Source: Octopus vulgaris (Eukaryota). Taken from it: a stretch of DNA of 64,000 nt. This document shows, piece after piece, positions 29,999-40,996 of this stretch. The position numbers were made by a program, and so were the translations under genes. Position 1 is the stretch's first letter; every line of letters starts with the position of its first letter. A model generated the notes under the pieces. The model searched no databases and was not told the origin of the DNA. It saw only the letters and a list, made by a program, of their open reading frames with translations. The stretch is taken from assembly GCA_951406725.2 (NCBI GenBank), contig OX597831.1:60698001-60762000 (forward strand), read 5' to 3'.

Positions 29999-30195
29999 AT
30001 AATTTATTATATAGAAGGAGCTTCTACAGGACTAGAACTGTTTCATTCAAGAGAAATCTTCAGGAAGCTGAAGATTTCTCTTGAATGAAACAGTTCTAGT
30101 CCTGTAGAAGCTCCTTCTATATAATAAATTATTTTTCCTCTGCTATGTATTGAGTACCTTATTTACTGTGGTTAACCCCGAATCAACCCGGGACC

Positions 30196-30198
<3 letters not shown>
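29999..30198 (+). mobile_element. Palindromic Penelope-type remnant with hammerhead-like core, in (AT)n
   Basis: Perfect arms 30001-30063 and 30068-30130 with spacer GAAG. The right arm begins CTGAAGA-TTTCTCTTGAAT-GAAAC-AGTTCTA-GTC. An unpaired tail runs to 30198. Confidence 0.7.
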
Positions 30199-30254
<56 letters not shown>

Positions 30255-30330
30255 ATTATTTGAGGGAATATTAATCCAAACTTGCAGGGTAAAAAATTCA
30301 ATTAAGAAATACTAAATCAAATTTCACACA

Positions 30331-30382
<52 letters not shown>

Positions 30383-30385
<3 letters not shown>

Positions 30386-30594
30386 TAGAAAAAACACTTT
30401 TTATCAATTCTAAATGAACAATTAAATTACACCATCTAGAAAATTATTGTATCAATTATTTACGTTTTTTTTTGCAATTTACTTAATTATTGATATTTTA
30501 TTGTTATTTTTATTTTAGTTTTTCTATTATATGTAATTTTCTAGATGGTTATTTTAATTGTTCATTTTGAATTCATAAAAGATTTTTTTTGTCT

Positions 30595-30598
<4 letters not shown>
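30383..30598. repeat. Imperfect fold-back element between microsatellites
   Basis: Arms 30383-30446 and 30534-30598 (AATGAACAATTAAA..ACCATCTAGAAAATTA and its reverse complement). Confidence 0.7.
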
Positions 30599-30675
<77 letters not shown>

Positions 30676-30677
<2 letters not shown>

Positions 30678-30995
30678 AATTATTACATTATATAAAAGGG
30701 CTTAGTAAAATAAATTACTTTGCCGCATACTGAACTCATTAGAAATAGCAGCTAAAAAAACTTTTTTAAAACTAACTCCAATACTTAAAGAAAATACTTT
30801 TCTTTAAGTATTGGAGATAGTTTTAAAAAAGTTTTTTTAGCTGCTATTTCTAATGAGTTCAGTATGCGGCAAAGTAATTTATTTTACTAAGCCCTTTTAT
30901 ATAATGTAATAATTTGAATTCGCCTTAAATGGTCCCTTTGTATACTGAATACTTGGTGAAATTGATTAATTAATTAATTTTACCCTCAATTGTTG

Positions 30996-30998
<3 letters not shown>
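30676..30998 (+). mobile_element. Near-perfect 241-bp palindrome plus unpaired tail, in (AT)n
   Basis: Arms 30676-30794 and 30798-30916 with one mismatch seen and spacer TAC. The tail 30917-30998 resembles the reverse complement of 30252-30330. Confidence 0.8.
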
Positions 30999-31046
<48 letters not shown>

Positions 31047-31109
31047 CATACGTACATAAATATAGATAAAGTGTCCTACAGAGAGGTATTGTTTGTATAT
31101 GATTTACAT

Positions 31110-31480
31110 GGTCGCAGGAGTGGCTGTGTGTTAAGTTGCATGTGTAACAACCACATCGTTCCGGGTTAATCTCACTGCATGGGAACTTGGGCAAGTGTTT
31201 TTCTAGTATACTTCCGGCCGGCCAAGTCCTTGTGGGTGGACTTGGTCGTCGCTAACTGAAAGAAGCCTGTCGCATATTTATATAAATATATCTGTGTGTG
31301 TGTGTCTGTGTCTGTCCTCCCCATGCTGGTGTGTTTAATTCCCCGTAACTTAGTGGTTCGGCAAAGGTGACCGGTAGAATAAGTACTAGGCATACAAAGC
31401 TTAAGACCTGGGGTCGAGTTGTTCGATTAAAGGGGGTGATCCAGCATTGCAGCATTCAAATGACTGAAGCAAGTAAAAGA
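31110..31480 (+). mobile_element. SINE family B
   Basis: Head GCAGGAGTGGCTGTGTG and tail CAAATGACTGAAGCAAGTAAAAGA. Confidence 0.85.
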
Positions 31481-32218
31481 ATATGCACACATACAAACGC
31501 ACATTTGTATTTCACTATATCCAACCACACATTCTCTCTCTCCCATATACACACACCCACATTCATATAATAGACACTTCCAAATGTATATCTACATGCA
31601 TACACACACTTTATATGTATTTGCAGGCACATACCAATCATTCAGTAAATGCCGTTTGTATCAAATTGTCCCTTTGAATTGATACGACTCAAAATCCGTC
31701 TGGTGACAGTTTGAGTCAGTTGCTAACATATCCTATTCTGATGTACGTTTGCAACCCTGATGCAGAAACATCCAGAATATATAAATTGTATCCTCTTCCT
31801 CGATGCAATAAAATAATGTTTTTGACCAAGATGCGTATAAACCGGCATTTGTTTACTTTGAAATACACAATAACATAAACACTATATAATAAAAAACAAA
31901 CAAACGTGAACATCTAAATAATGCATACTCATGATTTAAATATCACACATGATGTATCCCTTACTGATTCAAAATATGGTCACTTGGAGATAAGAACGAT
32001 TCCAAAAAACTATTGAAAACTGCCTCAAAAATATGAACGGGAAAACGTACAAACCCAGGCAACTAATGCAATGTGCACTTTTCAATGTAAACATCAGATT
32101 GTAAATTTTATGCCCTAAGATGTATCATCGAATATGTATTAACCAAAGGTTCCACATCGACTCTCTAGATATTTACAGCAGTGTGGCATCGTGCTACATT
32201 GTAATTCAAAAATTGAAG

Positions 32219-32436
32219 CAATCTTGAACAACAGCAGCGAAAAATCTCATTTGAGACATAATTCTCTTCCTCCATCCAAACCCCTAAATTTAGGATTAAC
32301 CATGGAAATCTGTTTACAGATAGATTCGAAGAATGTGAAATCTCAATAACACTACCATGTAACATGTATATATATTTATATGGAGGAAGAGAATTATGTC
32401 TCAAATGAGATTTTTCGCTGTTGTTGTTCAGGATTG
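32219..32436. repeat. 57-bp inverted repeat with 104-bp spacer
   Basis: 32219-32275 versus 32380-32436, two differences. Confidence 0.9.
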
Positions 32437-32654
32437 TAAGAAGTATTACTGGTTGATGAATATAGCAGAAAAAGAGATTATATATCCCCGTTCTAATAAA
32501 TTTGACACCTCCACTGCATGGTGCTGCATTATGTGTAAAATAAATTCTAACAACTTCAAAAAGAAAAGTAAGCCAAAAGTATGGATAAATGTTAGTGCAG
32601 AGTGTAATTATAGGAGAAAATTTTAAAAGAAAAAAAGCTACATGCAGGAAAAGG

Positions 32655-32781
32655 GATAGTTTGATAGACTGATAGATAGATAGAAACATAGAGAGAGAGA
32701 GAGAGAGAGAGAGAAATAGATAGATAGATAGATACATACATACATACATACATACATACATAGACAGACAGACAGACAGAC

Positions 32782-32867
<86 letters not shown>

Positions 32868-32897
32868 GTAGGTAGTTAGACAGGCAGACAGACAGAC

Positions 32898-32955
<58 letters not shown>

Positions 32956-33011
32956 GTAAGTAGGTAGACAGGCAGACATACAGACAGACAGGTAGATAGA
33001 TAGATAAATAA

Positions 33012-33083
<72 letters not shown>

Positions 33084-33122
33084 GTAGGTAGGTAGATAGA
33101 TTCAGAGATAAATAGATAGAAT
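32655..33122. repeat. (GATA)n/(GACA)n/(GA)n/(TACA)n compound microsatellite
   Basis: Read directly from the sequence. Confidence 0.95.
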
Positions 33123-33137
33123 ATTTCTATCCCTTAC

Positions 33138-33518
33138 CATCATTGTTCGACCGTGGTCGAGACAATGGAATTTACTATGTCACGCCAGACTTCACGGTCC
33201 ATGATAGCATTACGGATGTCCTGTTGCTGGATGCCTGTATTCCTGGAGATTACATCAGGTTAGGAGAAGCGTTGAAATTACCTCGTTTACAGGTCTGCAA
33301 CAATTTCCAGCAAACTGGACTCTTCTACCTGTCACAAGAGATGATACAGGTGGTAGTTTCCCATATATTTGTACTTTGGTTGTATGACGCTTCCACGAGA
33401 TATTTCGAGCTCTCCTAAGGAGGCGAGTGTAAGTTCCATCCAACCGACTCCCAAGCTTCTTTGATAACGTGCAAGTTTCTGAGCCATATATTAGAATTGG
33501 TTCTATCCCTACCTTCAA
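33138..33518 (-). mobile_element. RTE-type LINE, 5'-truncated 3' fragment
   Basis: EPILIYGSETCTLSKKLGSRLDGTYTRLLRRARNISWK...RRVQFAGNC. It lacks a segment between two AGGAGA microhomologies relative to 42667-43086. Confidence 0.9.
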
Positions 33519-35781
33519 CTTACATCTGTGTCAGAGATGAATATCAACGATTTACTTCGTATTTAGCCTCATTTATGTTCTTACTTTTACAAGACACACA
33601 CAAATATTACTATGACATAGACATTGCAAAATGTACGTTTAGTTATATCAGTGAATTCGAGGGACTTGCATGCAATGTGAACAGAATCAACGAATACAAC
33701 AATGTTCACAGTACGTGGAATTGTTTTTCACATCTTCCAAGAACCTACATACTACCAATATCAGAAAAATACCAAGTGGAGCAGTTCCACACGGTGAAGT
33801 CCCTCTCACCAAAAGATCTCAAAAAGATCAAACTTCCTTACTCCAATGATTCTGTTTTAAATTTTCGTACTCAATGAGCATGACTATATGACATAATGGT
33901 AAAATCAAATTTCAAAGATGTCACTCAATAACTATGACCCGGAGCTGCATACTGATGTACGATAGGAGATTAATTTTATAATAATCAATTATATTCCCTG
34001 TAAAAACATTTTTAAATATTGATAAACTTGGTTATTTTCTTGCAATTATTTATTCGCTGTGGACCACTGCACAGTAGTTTGACTCAGAAGACATTGACAG
34101 AAAAAATACAACATGCAATGAATTCAATCTCACCGCAGCACATTCAACAATTCAAAGCAGTGGCAAACAAAAGGAAAAAAAGAGATTGGTTTTTGTGTTC
34201 TAACTTGTTGCGAATGCTTTGATCATACTTCTTTTTGTTATCCAAAATTTTCGTACAATTCATCCTCCAGTGATTGGTGAGTCCAATAAAGAAACAAAGA
34301 AGAACAGAAGAAAACATCTTTCGTCCGCATGTATTGGTGTACAAGTTATGAATTATAATAGTTGCATTGAAGCCAACGATGTTGGCACCTGAGACAACCA
34401 CCGAGAAAAAAGATATTTATTAAAATCTCCCTTTACATGTAGTTTTCCTTTGTTTTCTTCATATTTAGAATCAATAACTGTCTCTCTTGATTGATGCAGA
34501 AACATATTTCCATTAACTTATGCACCCTTCTCCTGACATGGTTTTGAGCAGTGCCAAAATAATTTCAAATTGTATCTTGTCGCTATGGCTACTATCAACT
34601 TCCCAGCCGCTACCATCACGACCAAATATTAACTTACTGGCTACATATTCCGACACAATGGATAAGTATATGCATGCATATACGTATATATATATATATG
34701 TACACATATATAAAGGAACACACACTCGCACACATGCATACACTCACATATTCTGATATGCTCAGATGTATGTGTATCTATGTGTGTGTATGCATGTACC
34801 ATCTCACTTTTACTCATATATATATATACATATATAAAAATATACATATCTCTCTCTCTCCCTCTCTCTGTATATATATCTATATATATCTATATATATA
34901 CATATATAGACACACACACACATGAATATATGTATGTATGTATGTATATGGGGAATAGGTATATCTATACGATATCCAGTACCACAAAGTAGTTCACATT
35001 CACCAAATTTACCGGCATCACTCTGAGAAAAAACGTATTCGTTGTGTCAGCACCTCACTGACCAGTACCCTATGTATGTGTCTAAATATAAATACAGGCA
35101 TACATACTTACGCACACATACACACACACACACACACACACATATGTATATATATATATACATACCTATGATAATACACGATTACACTCATTAATGCACA
35201 TACTCATCTACTTATTATAAAAGAAAAAGTTATTTTCTTGCGATGTTTACTTACTCTACGTGTATCAATTTCCAATCAAGCTATATGCTGTTCCATAGCA
35301 ACAATAATATCATTATGTCTTTATTTGCTACATGTCGTGTGGGTTATGATTTCATACCTGTTTGCCTCATTGCAATATATCTCTGCGTCAGCGCCTGAAT
35401 TACACTTCCTTAAATACTATTATCATTGTTGTTGTTTATATAATTTCTTAACCACCTTTACTGAACTCTGATAGTGTAGATTTATAGTATGAAAGAAATA
35501 CTCTATAAGCCTATGTGGTTTGCATTGCAAATCTATTTATCTAGTTTAATTGCTTGGGGTTTTCCTCCCAGATAGTTCACTGTATTAGCTTGGCAATTTA
35601 ATACCAATTTGCTTCCGGATCACATGGATGATTATTCGGACCCACTACGTGGAAACTCAGGCGATTGTCTTCTACTATAAACTAGGATCGACTAAAGCCT
35701 TGTGATTGACTGTGGTACACAGAAATTGAACGAGATTCATTGTGTGTATATATATATATATATATATTTACACACACATAC

Positions 35782-36121
35782 CACAGATTAAAAGGGTAGC
35801 TTGTTAGCAATTAGAACCTAAAGGAAAAATTAGTACAGGTCACAAAAGTGACGGAGGGTGCTGATTAGGTCCGCTTAGGCTAAAATAGGGGTTATATTAA
35901 CTCCAAAGCCACTAGCACTATACTTTATGACTGATAAATCGCCGTAACCTGATTTCGAAGTTCGGTGTAGACCACCTTAATTCTCATCAGCGGCTATTAA
36001 CGCCTAGAGTTAAACTCAAATTCCTTTGTCAATCTCAGGAGAAAAACCGTTGAAAACATGCGTTGATTCTCAAAACGGTAATAGTTGTAAACAACAAATT
36101 AAAAGGGTGACAGCAATTAGA
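35782..36121 (-). mobile_element. Penelope-type terminal-repeat remnant with hammerhead
   Basis: Direct repeats ATTAAAAGGGT..AGCAATTAGA at 35787-35815 and 36098-36121 with a hammerhead inside. Embedded in AT/CA microsatellite. Confidence 0.65.
35937..35998 (-). ncRNA. Type I hammerhead ribozyme motif
   Basis: Minus strand reads AATAGCCG-CTGATGA-GAATTAAGGTGGTCTACACCGAACTTC-GAAA-TCAGGT-TA-CGGCGATT. Stem I is GCCG/CGGC, stem II is GAA/TTC plus GGTG/CACC, and stem III is minimal. Confidence 0.65.
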
Positions 36122-36242
36122 TATATGCATACATATATACATATGTGTGTATGTGTGTATGTGTGTGTGTATCTGTATATCAGTGTGTCTATGTTTGTCG
36201 CAGCCAACCGATTCGCAGCCGGTATTATTTTACAACAGTGTA

Positions 36243-36472
36243 AGGCGGTGAGCTGGCAGAAACGTTAGCACGCCGGGCAAAATGCGTAGCCGTATTTCGT
36301 CTGCCGCTACATTCTGAGTTCACATTCCGCCGAGGTCGACTTTGCCTTTCATCCTTTCGGGGTCGATTAAATAAGTACCAGTTACGCAATGAGGTCGCTA
36401 TAATCGACTTAACCTGTGTGTCTGTCCTTGTTTGTCCTCTCTGTGTTTAGGCCCTTGTGGGTAATAAAGAAA
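36243..36472 (+). mobile_element. SINE family A (tRNA-derived, Meta/MESC-like core)
   Basis: GGCGGTGAGCTGGCAGAAACGTTAGCA...GAGTTCA.ATTCC...GACTTTGCCTTTCATCCTTTCGGGGTCGAT. Multiple copies in the window. Confidence 0.9.
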
Positions 36473-37058
36473 CATGTATGAGTTTACAGCAACGTACGGA
36501 GCGGTTTCGTAAAACGTCTGATAGAATAAGTACGAGGTTGAAGTAAGAAAAGTACTTGGTTCGACACGTTGGACTGAAATGCTTCAAGGAGATGAATGAG
36601 CAAAAGTCTAATGGCTAAAGCAATAAAATATCAAAGAATTAAAATGCTTTCTTTCTGCGGGTAAGTAGAATGTTGTTTCGTGTAAATTCGGGTTACAGAT
36701 ATTTTAGATCGTGACAGCAGTACTTACGATATAAATATATCTTTGCTAATTTGTTTATCGTTGGGATCCATATTGGTCACAGAGCATAGTAAACCAAAGG
36801 AATTATTTTAGATAATAGAACGAGTAGACACCGTCAATGAATGACGATTATAACGATAACATGTTGAAATGATAAATTTCTAGAAAGTGAGGCAATGATT
36901 GAGTAGGTTCCATGTATTGAGGAGAGGAAGGAAATGAATCTTGACATTCGGGAAGAAGCAAAATCCTCGGTAGATTTTGATACAAAGGGTGATAGATCGA
37001 GAGAAACAGAGAGAGAGGGGGGGAGAAAGAGAGAGAGAGAGGGAGAAAGCGAGAGAGA

Positions 37059-37133
<75 letters not shown>

Positions 37134-37805
37134 TTGACAGATAGATAGATGGTGTGAATGACTGATCGATTATTTACTTGATTTCTTGTTTGATTGATTG
37201 ACTGAGGAGATTGTTATATTCCTACCTAGATCCTTCTCTAAGAATGGGACTAGCGCTTTATCCCAAAATCAAAAGTAATACCGTAAGACATCGATTGATA
37301 GGAGGGGGAAGAACTGCACTACTTCAACCTAAGATGCAGTGGCCTTGTTAACAATAAGATTACTAATTTGAATGAGGTAAAGGCAAGACGAAATGATATA
37401 TCAGTTGTTTTTGTAATCATTTGTATTACATAATAAATGATGATATCATCTATTACATATCTTATACAATCCTTGGTGAGTCATACGTTTCAGCTTACTA
37501 TTTATATTACTCATACTGATGGGTTTTATGTTGAATTAGGTTGTTGTATCGGAATTTCGAACCTAACCGTTTATTTGATCCAGGCGAGATATAGTCTTCA
37601 AATTCCGTCCTCTATTATTTTTGTGAATTACCTTGGGATTGAACTCATAATATGTAGGTGACTGCACTACGTTCACGAACGTTTTTGTCAACCAAGTAGG
37701 TAGAGACAATAATGAACAATAATAACGAAATTCAGTAACAGCGTGAAAAGATTAGGAAATGAATCACCAAACCAACCTTTACATATATATATAACAGGTA
37801 AGCAA

Positions 37806-37982
37806 GGTAGCAGGCTGGCAGAAGAGTTTGCACTCCGGGCAAAACACTAATTTTATATTCTGAGTTCAAATACCGCAGAGGTCATCGAAAAAATAAGTAT
37901 CAATTGAGCACGGGGGTGGTCAATGTAAACGAATTACATTTTCCTCGAAATTACTGGCCGTGTGCCAATATTTGAAAGCAAT
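37806..37982 (+). mobile_element. SINE family A, degenerate and internally deleted
   Basis: GCTGGCAGAAG...TTCTGAGTTCAAATACCGCAGAGGTC...TGGCCGTGTGCCAATATTTGAAA. Confidence 0.65.
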
Positions 37983-38230
37983 AAATAAAGGGTTGTTTCA
38001 AGTGAAACAGATGCGCATGTTCTGTGACATATTGGAAATGCACCAAGTGAAAGATGGAGATTATAGTAAACTTTATAGTAAAATTATAGGAAACTTTATA
38101 GATTATAGTAAACATTGAAGAGGTTATGCACAATTATAAATGAAAAACTAATTATCAAAGCAAAAGAGAAAAGAATACTGAAGCAAAACATCACAGTAAA
38201 TGACTACAGAAACCCAAATAAGTATGTGCA

Positions 38231-38466
38231 AGGCAGCGAGCTGGTAGAAACGTTAGCACGCCGGGCGAAATGCTTAGCAATATTTCGTCTGCCGTTACGA
38301 TCTGAGTACAAATTCCGCCGAGGTCGACTTTGCCTTTCATCCTTTCGGGGTCGATAAATTAAGTACCAGTTACGCACTGGGGTCGATGTAATCGACTTAA
38401 TCCGTTTGTCTGTCCTGGTTTGTCCCCTCTATGTTTAGCCCCTTGTGGGCAATAAAGAAATAAGAA
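38231..38466 (+). mobile_element. SINE family A
   Basis: Near-identical to 36243-36472 and 45662-45893. Confidence 0.9.
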
Positions 38467-39491
38467 ACCCGAAATAAGTATATACATTTCTAAATTGTAA
38501 AACAGAACAGGACATACTGATGACATATTAAGGATTATAATTAGAAAACAGAATGCAATCCGGTCATAATTTTGTGAGTATAACGGTAATAATGTAAAAT
38601 GAAAATTGCAATGAATATAAGATAAGAAATATACTGACAAGAATTATAAAATGACAAAATGATAATACTCGAGTTTGTAGACTTAATGTTATTGTATCAT
38701 AAAGCTATTATATATAGCCTATTGCAGCTGTTATTACAGAGCTTTAATTATGGCTTTCACAAATTATTCTTTGTAATGATATATTCTAATTTCTCAATTA
38801 CACATCTTACAATATATATCATAAATGTGCTTAAATCTTTTAGAATCTTTCCTGGAAATAGTATGAATACAGAAGAACGTTAAGTAGTTAGAAATATTTT
38901 ATGATAAAGTAATTAAGTGTTAATTGGTTTTATTGCACATGATATTGAATTTTTATAGTAGAGTGTATAAAAATAATATATCAGATCACCTGAAGGTGAC
39001 ATAACCTAAGGAATGACGAGCAAAGTGAGCAGTCAAGCAGAAACTCTACTTGATCTCGCATAAATGCTGTTATTGGAACGAAAATACCCTCCCCAACCAG
39101 AAACAATAATTTATTAGGACCTCTGTTACACCAAAAACTTGGAACATATTTGCATAGTGAAAATATCAACGACAATCGTCTCGGACCACAACATTAAATT
39201 GATTTCAGAGAAGAGAGCCAGTACGTACTAAAACATTATTCCTTGAGATTGTAGAGTCCTTATGAGGCATTGATTAAAGATCTTAAATAGATAATTCAAT
39301 GGCAGTGAATGTTCCCTCGTGTTCATAGAAGTAATCTAGTGTGGGGAAGCTATAAAAAGGAATCTTATGGCCTTCTAAACGTTTGCTAAATTGTCTCCGT
39401 CGGTGCTTTGCACTAAAGAGCCACTATTTGTAGAAGACAGCTCCCTAGCTGCAGACCACAAGAATATAAGTGAAAAGCTATATAAACAATT

Positions 39492-39894
39492 GGATCTTCT
39501 CGGTTTGAGCGGCAGTTTTTAACATAATTTCTTGGTAACTAAAAAGTTTTATACTTCGTATACTGGTAGAATGTGTTTATAAAACTTATTTTTCTCTTGG
39601 CTTTATTGAGAAAATTCGATAGTTTGTAAGATATTTGTTGGTTTTTTTTTTCTTCAAATTCGGCAATTTCAACCAATCACTGACGTCTATTGAGTTAAAA
39701 ACCATTCTGTGCCGTATGAATATGTCCCTCGTTTAAGAAACAGATTGGGTTTATTTACCCCTACCTTAACCCTAACCCAAACCCTAACCCTAAAACAGAT
39801 TGAAATGCAATAGATCGATCCTAGGGTCATAATTATGGGTGACAATTTCATATGACACCGCTAGAAAAAACTGCCCTTCAAACCGAAAATATCC
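39492..39894. mobile_element. MITE with ~29-bp TIRs and 8-bp TSD (Merlin-like), containing telomere-like repeats
   Basis: TSD AAACAATT at 39484-39491 and 39895-39902. TIRs GGATCTTCTCGGTTTGAGCGGCAGTTTTT and AAAAACTGCCCTTCAAACCGAAAATATCC. CCCTAA-like run at 39758-39794. Confidence 0.85.
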
Positions 39895-40560
39895 AAACAA
39901 TTCCAAAGTATCTTCATACTTCCACTGGGTAACATGCAAATAAACAAGCCTGATGAGTTTTTTTTTAATTTTACAGATTTACATTGAAAATTAAAAAAAA
40001 AACAAATATCAATTACAAGGACATAAAAGAGGAAGATGTAATATCATCCATTCATGAGGTGAATCGAACTCAGCAACAGGCTTAGAGTGATACCCGGCTG
40101 TTCTTCTAAAGACGTACAAGGATCTCTAGCAAATCCACTGCAGATATATTTTCACACTTTCCTTGATTGTGATAAACTTTCTAAATGGTTAAAAGGTATG
40201 GTATGGCTTGTCCATAAAGCATGAAGCACAGCTGATGCTAAAAAAGATACTAAAAGTATCTTTCACTCCTCACCTGTTAGCATGGTGAGAGAATGCATTG
40301 TCAGAAGGAGCCTATTCACGTACCTTGAAGTAAATAACTTCTGCAAAAAAAATGTGACATGGCCTCTGCCTAGGGAGGAGCCGCCTGACACGATTACTGT
40401 AGAATTATTACTGTAGTTCTGCAACTCAAATATAGATGTGATATATTTTGATTTTGGCAAAAACATTTGACACAGCAAATCATGGAAAGTGTCTAAAAAA
40501 CCATGACTTTGGTATCGCTGAGAAACTAGGAGAGTGACTCTCTCTCTCTCTCTCTCTCTC

Positions 40561-40791
40561 TTTTACTATTTTATTCGTTTCAGTCATTTGACTGCGGCCA
40601 TGCTGCATCACCGCCTTTAGTCGATAAAATCGACCCCAGGACTTGTTCTTCGTAAGCCTGGTACTAATTCTATCGGTGTCTTTTGCTGAACCGCTATGTT
40701 ACGGGGACGTAAACACACCAGCATCGGTTGTGAAGTGATGTTGGGGGTCAAACACACACAGACACAAACATAAACACCCACATACATACAC

Positions 40792-40830
<39 letters not shown>

Positions 40831-40996
40831 CATACGACGGGCTTCTTTCAGTTTCCGTCTACCAAATCCATTCATTAGCCTTGGTCGGCCCGAGGCTATA
40901 ATAGAAGACACTTGCCCAAAGTGGCATGCAGTGGGACTGAACACGAAACCATGTGGTCGGTAAGCAAGCTGCTTACCACAGTGTCACTCCTACGCC
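40561..40996 (-). mobile_element. SINE family B, full length
   Basis: Head, CORE-like block, microsatellite and tail all present. Inserted in the CR1 fossil. Confidence 0.9.

Larger units (their letters stand above)
31627..34392 (+). pseudogene. Possible decayed Cys-rich membrane-protein gene, interrupted by GATA repeat and RTE
   Basis: Fragments FVSNCP, RIYKLY..RCN, TIENCLKNMNGKTYK...CALFN and DCKKYY...CCIMC, then a hydrophobic stretch RLVFVF*LVANALIILLFVI. Many stops and frameshifts. Confidence 0.25.
35587..36630 (+). mobile_element. Old SINE family B copy hosting two nested insertions
   Basis: Degenerate head and body at 35587-35745, middle at about 36160-36240 and tail at about 36480-36630. 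Confidence 0.6.

Noticed and set aside
30845-30885. CTAATGAG within the 241-bp palindrome as a hammerhead
   Set aside because: Lacks the conserved G and GAAA, and has no convincing stems.
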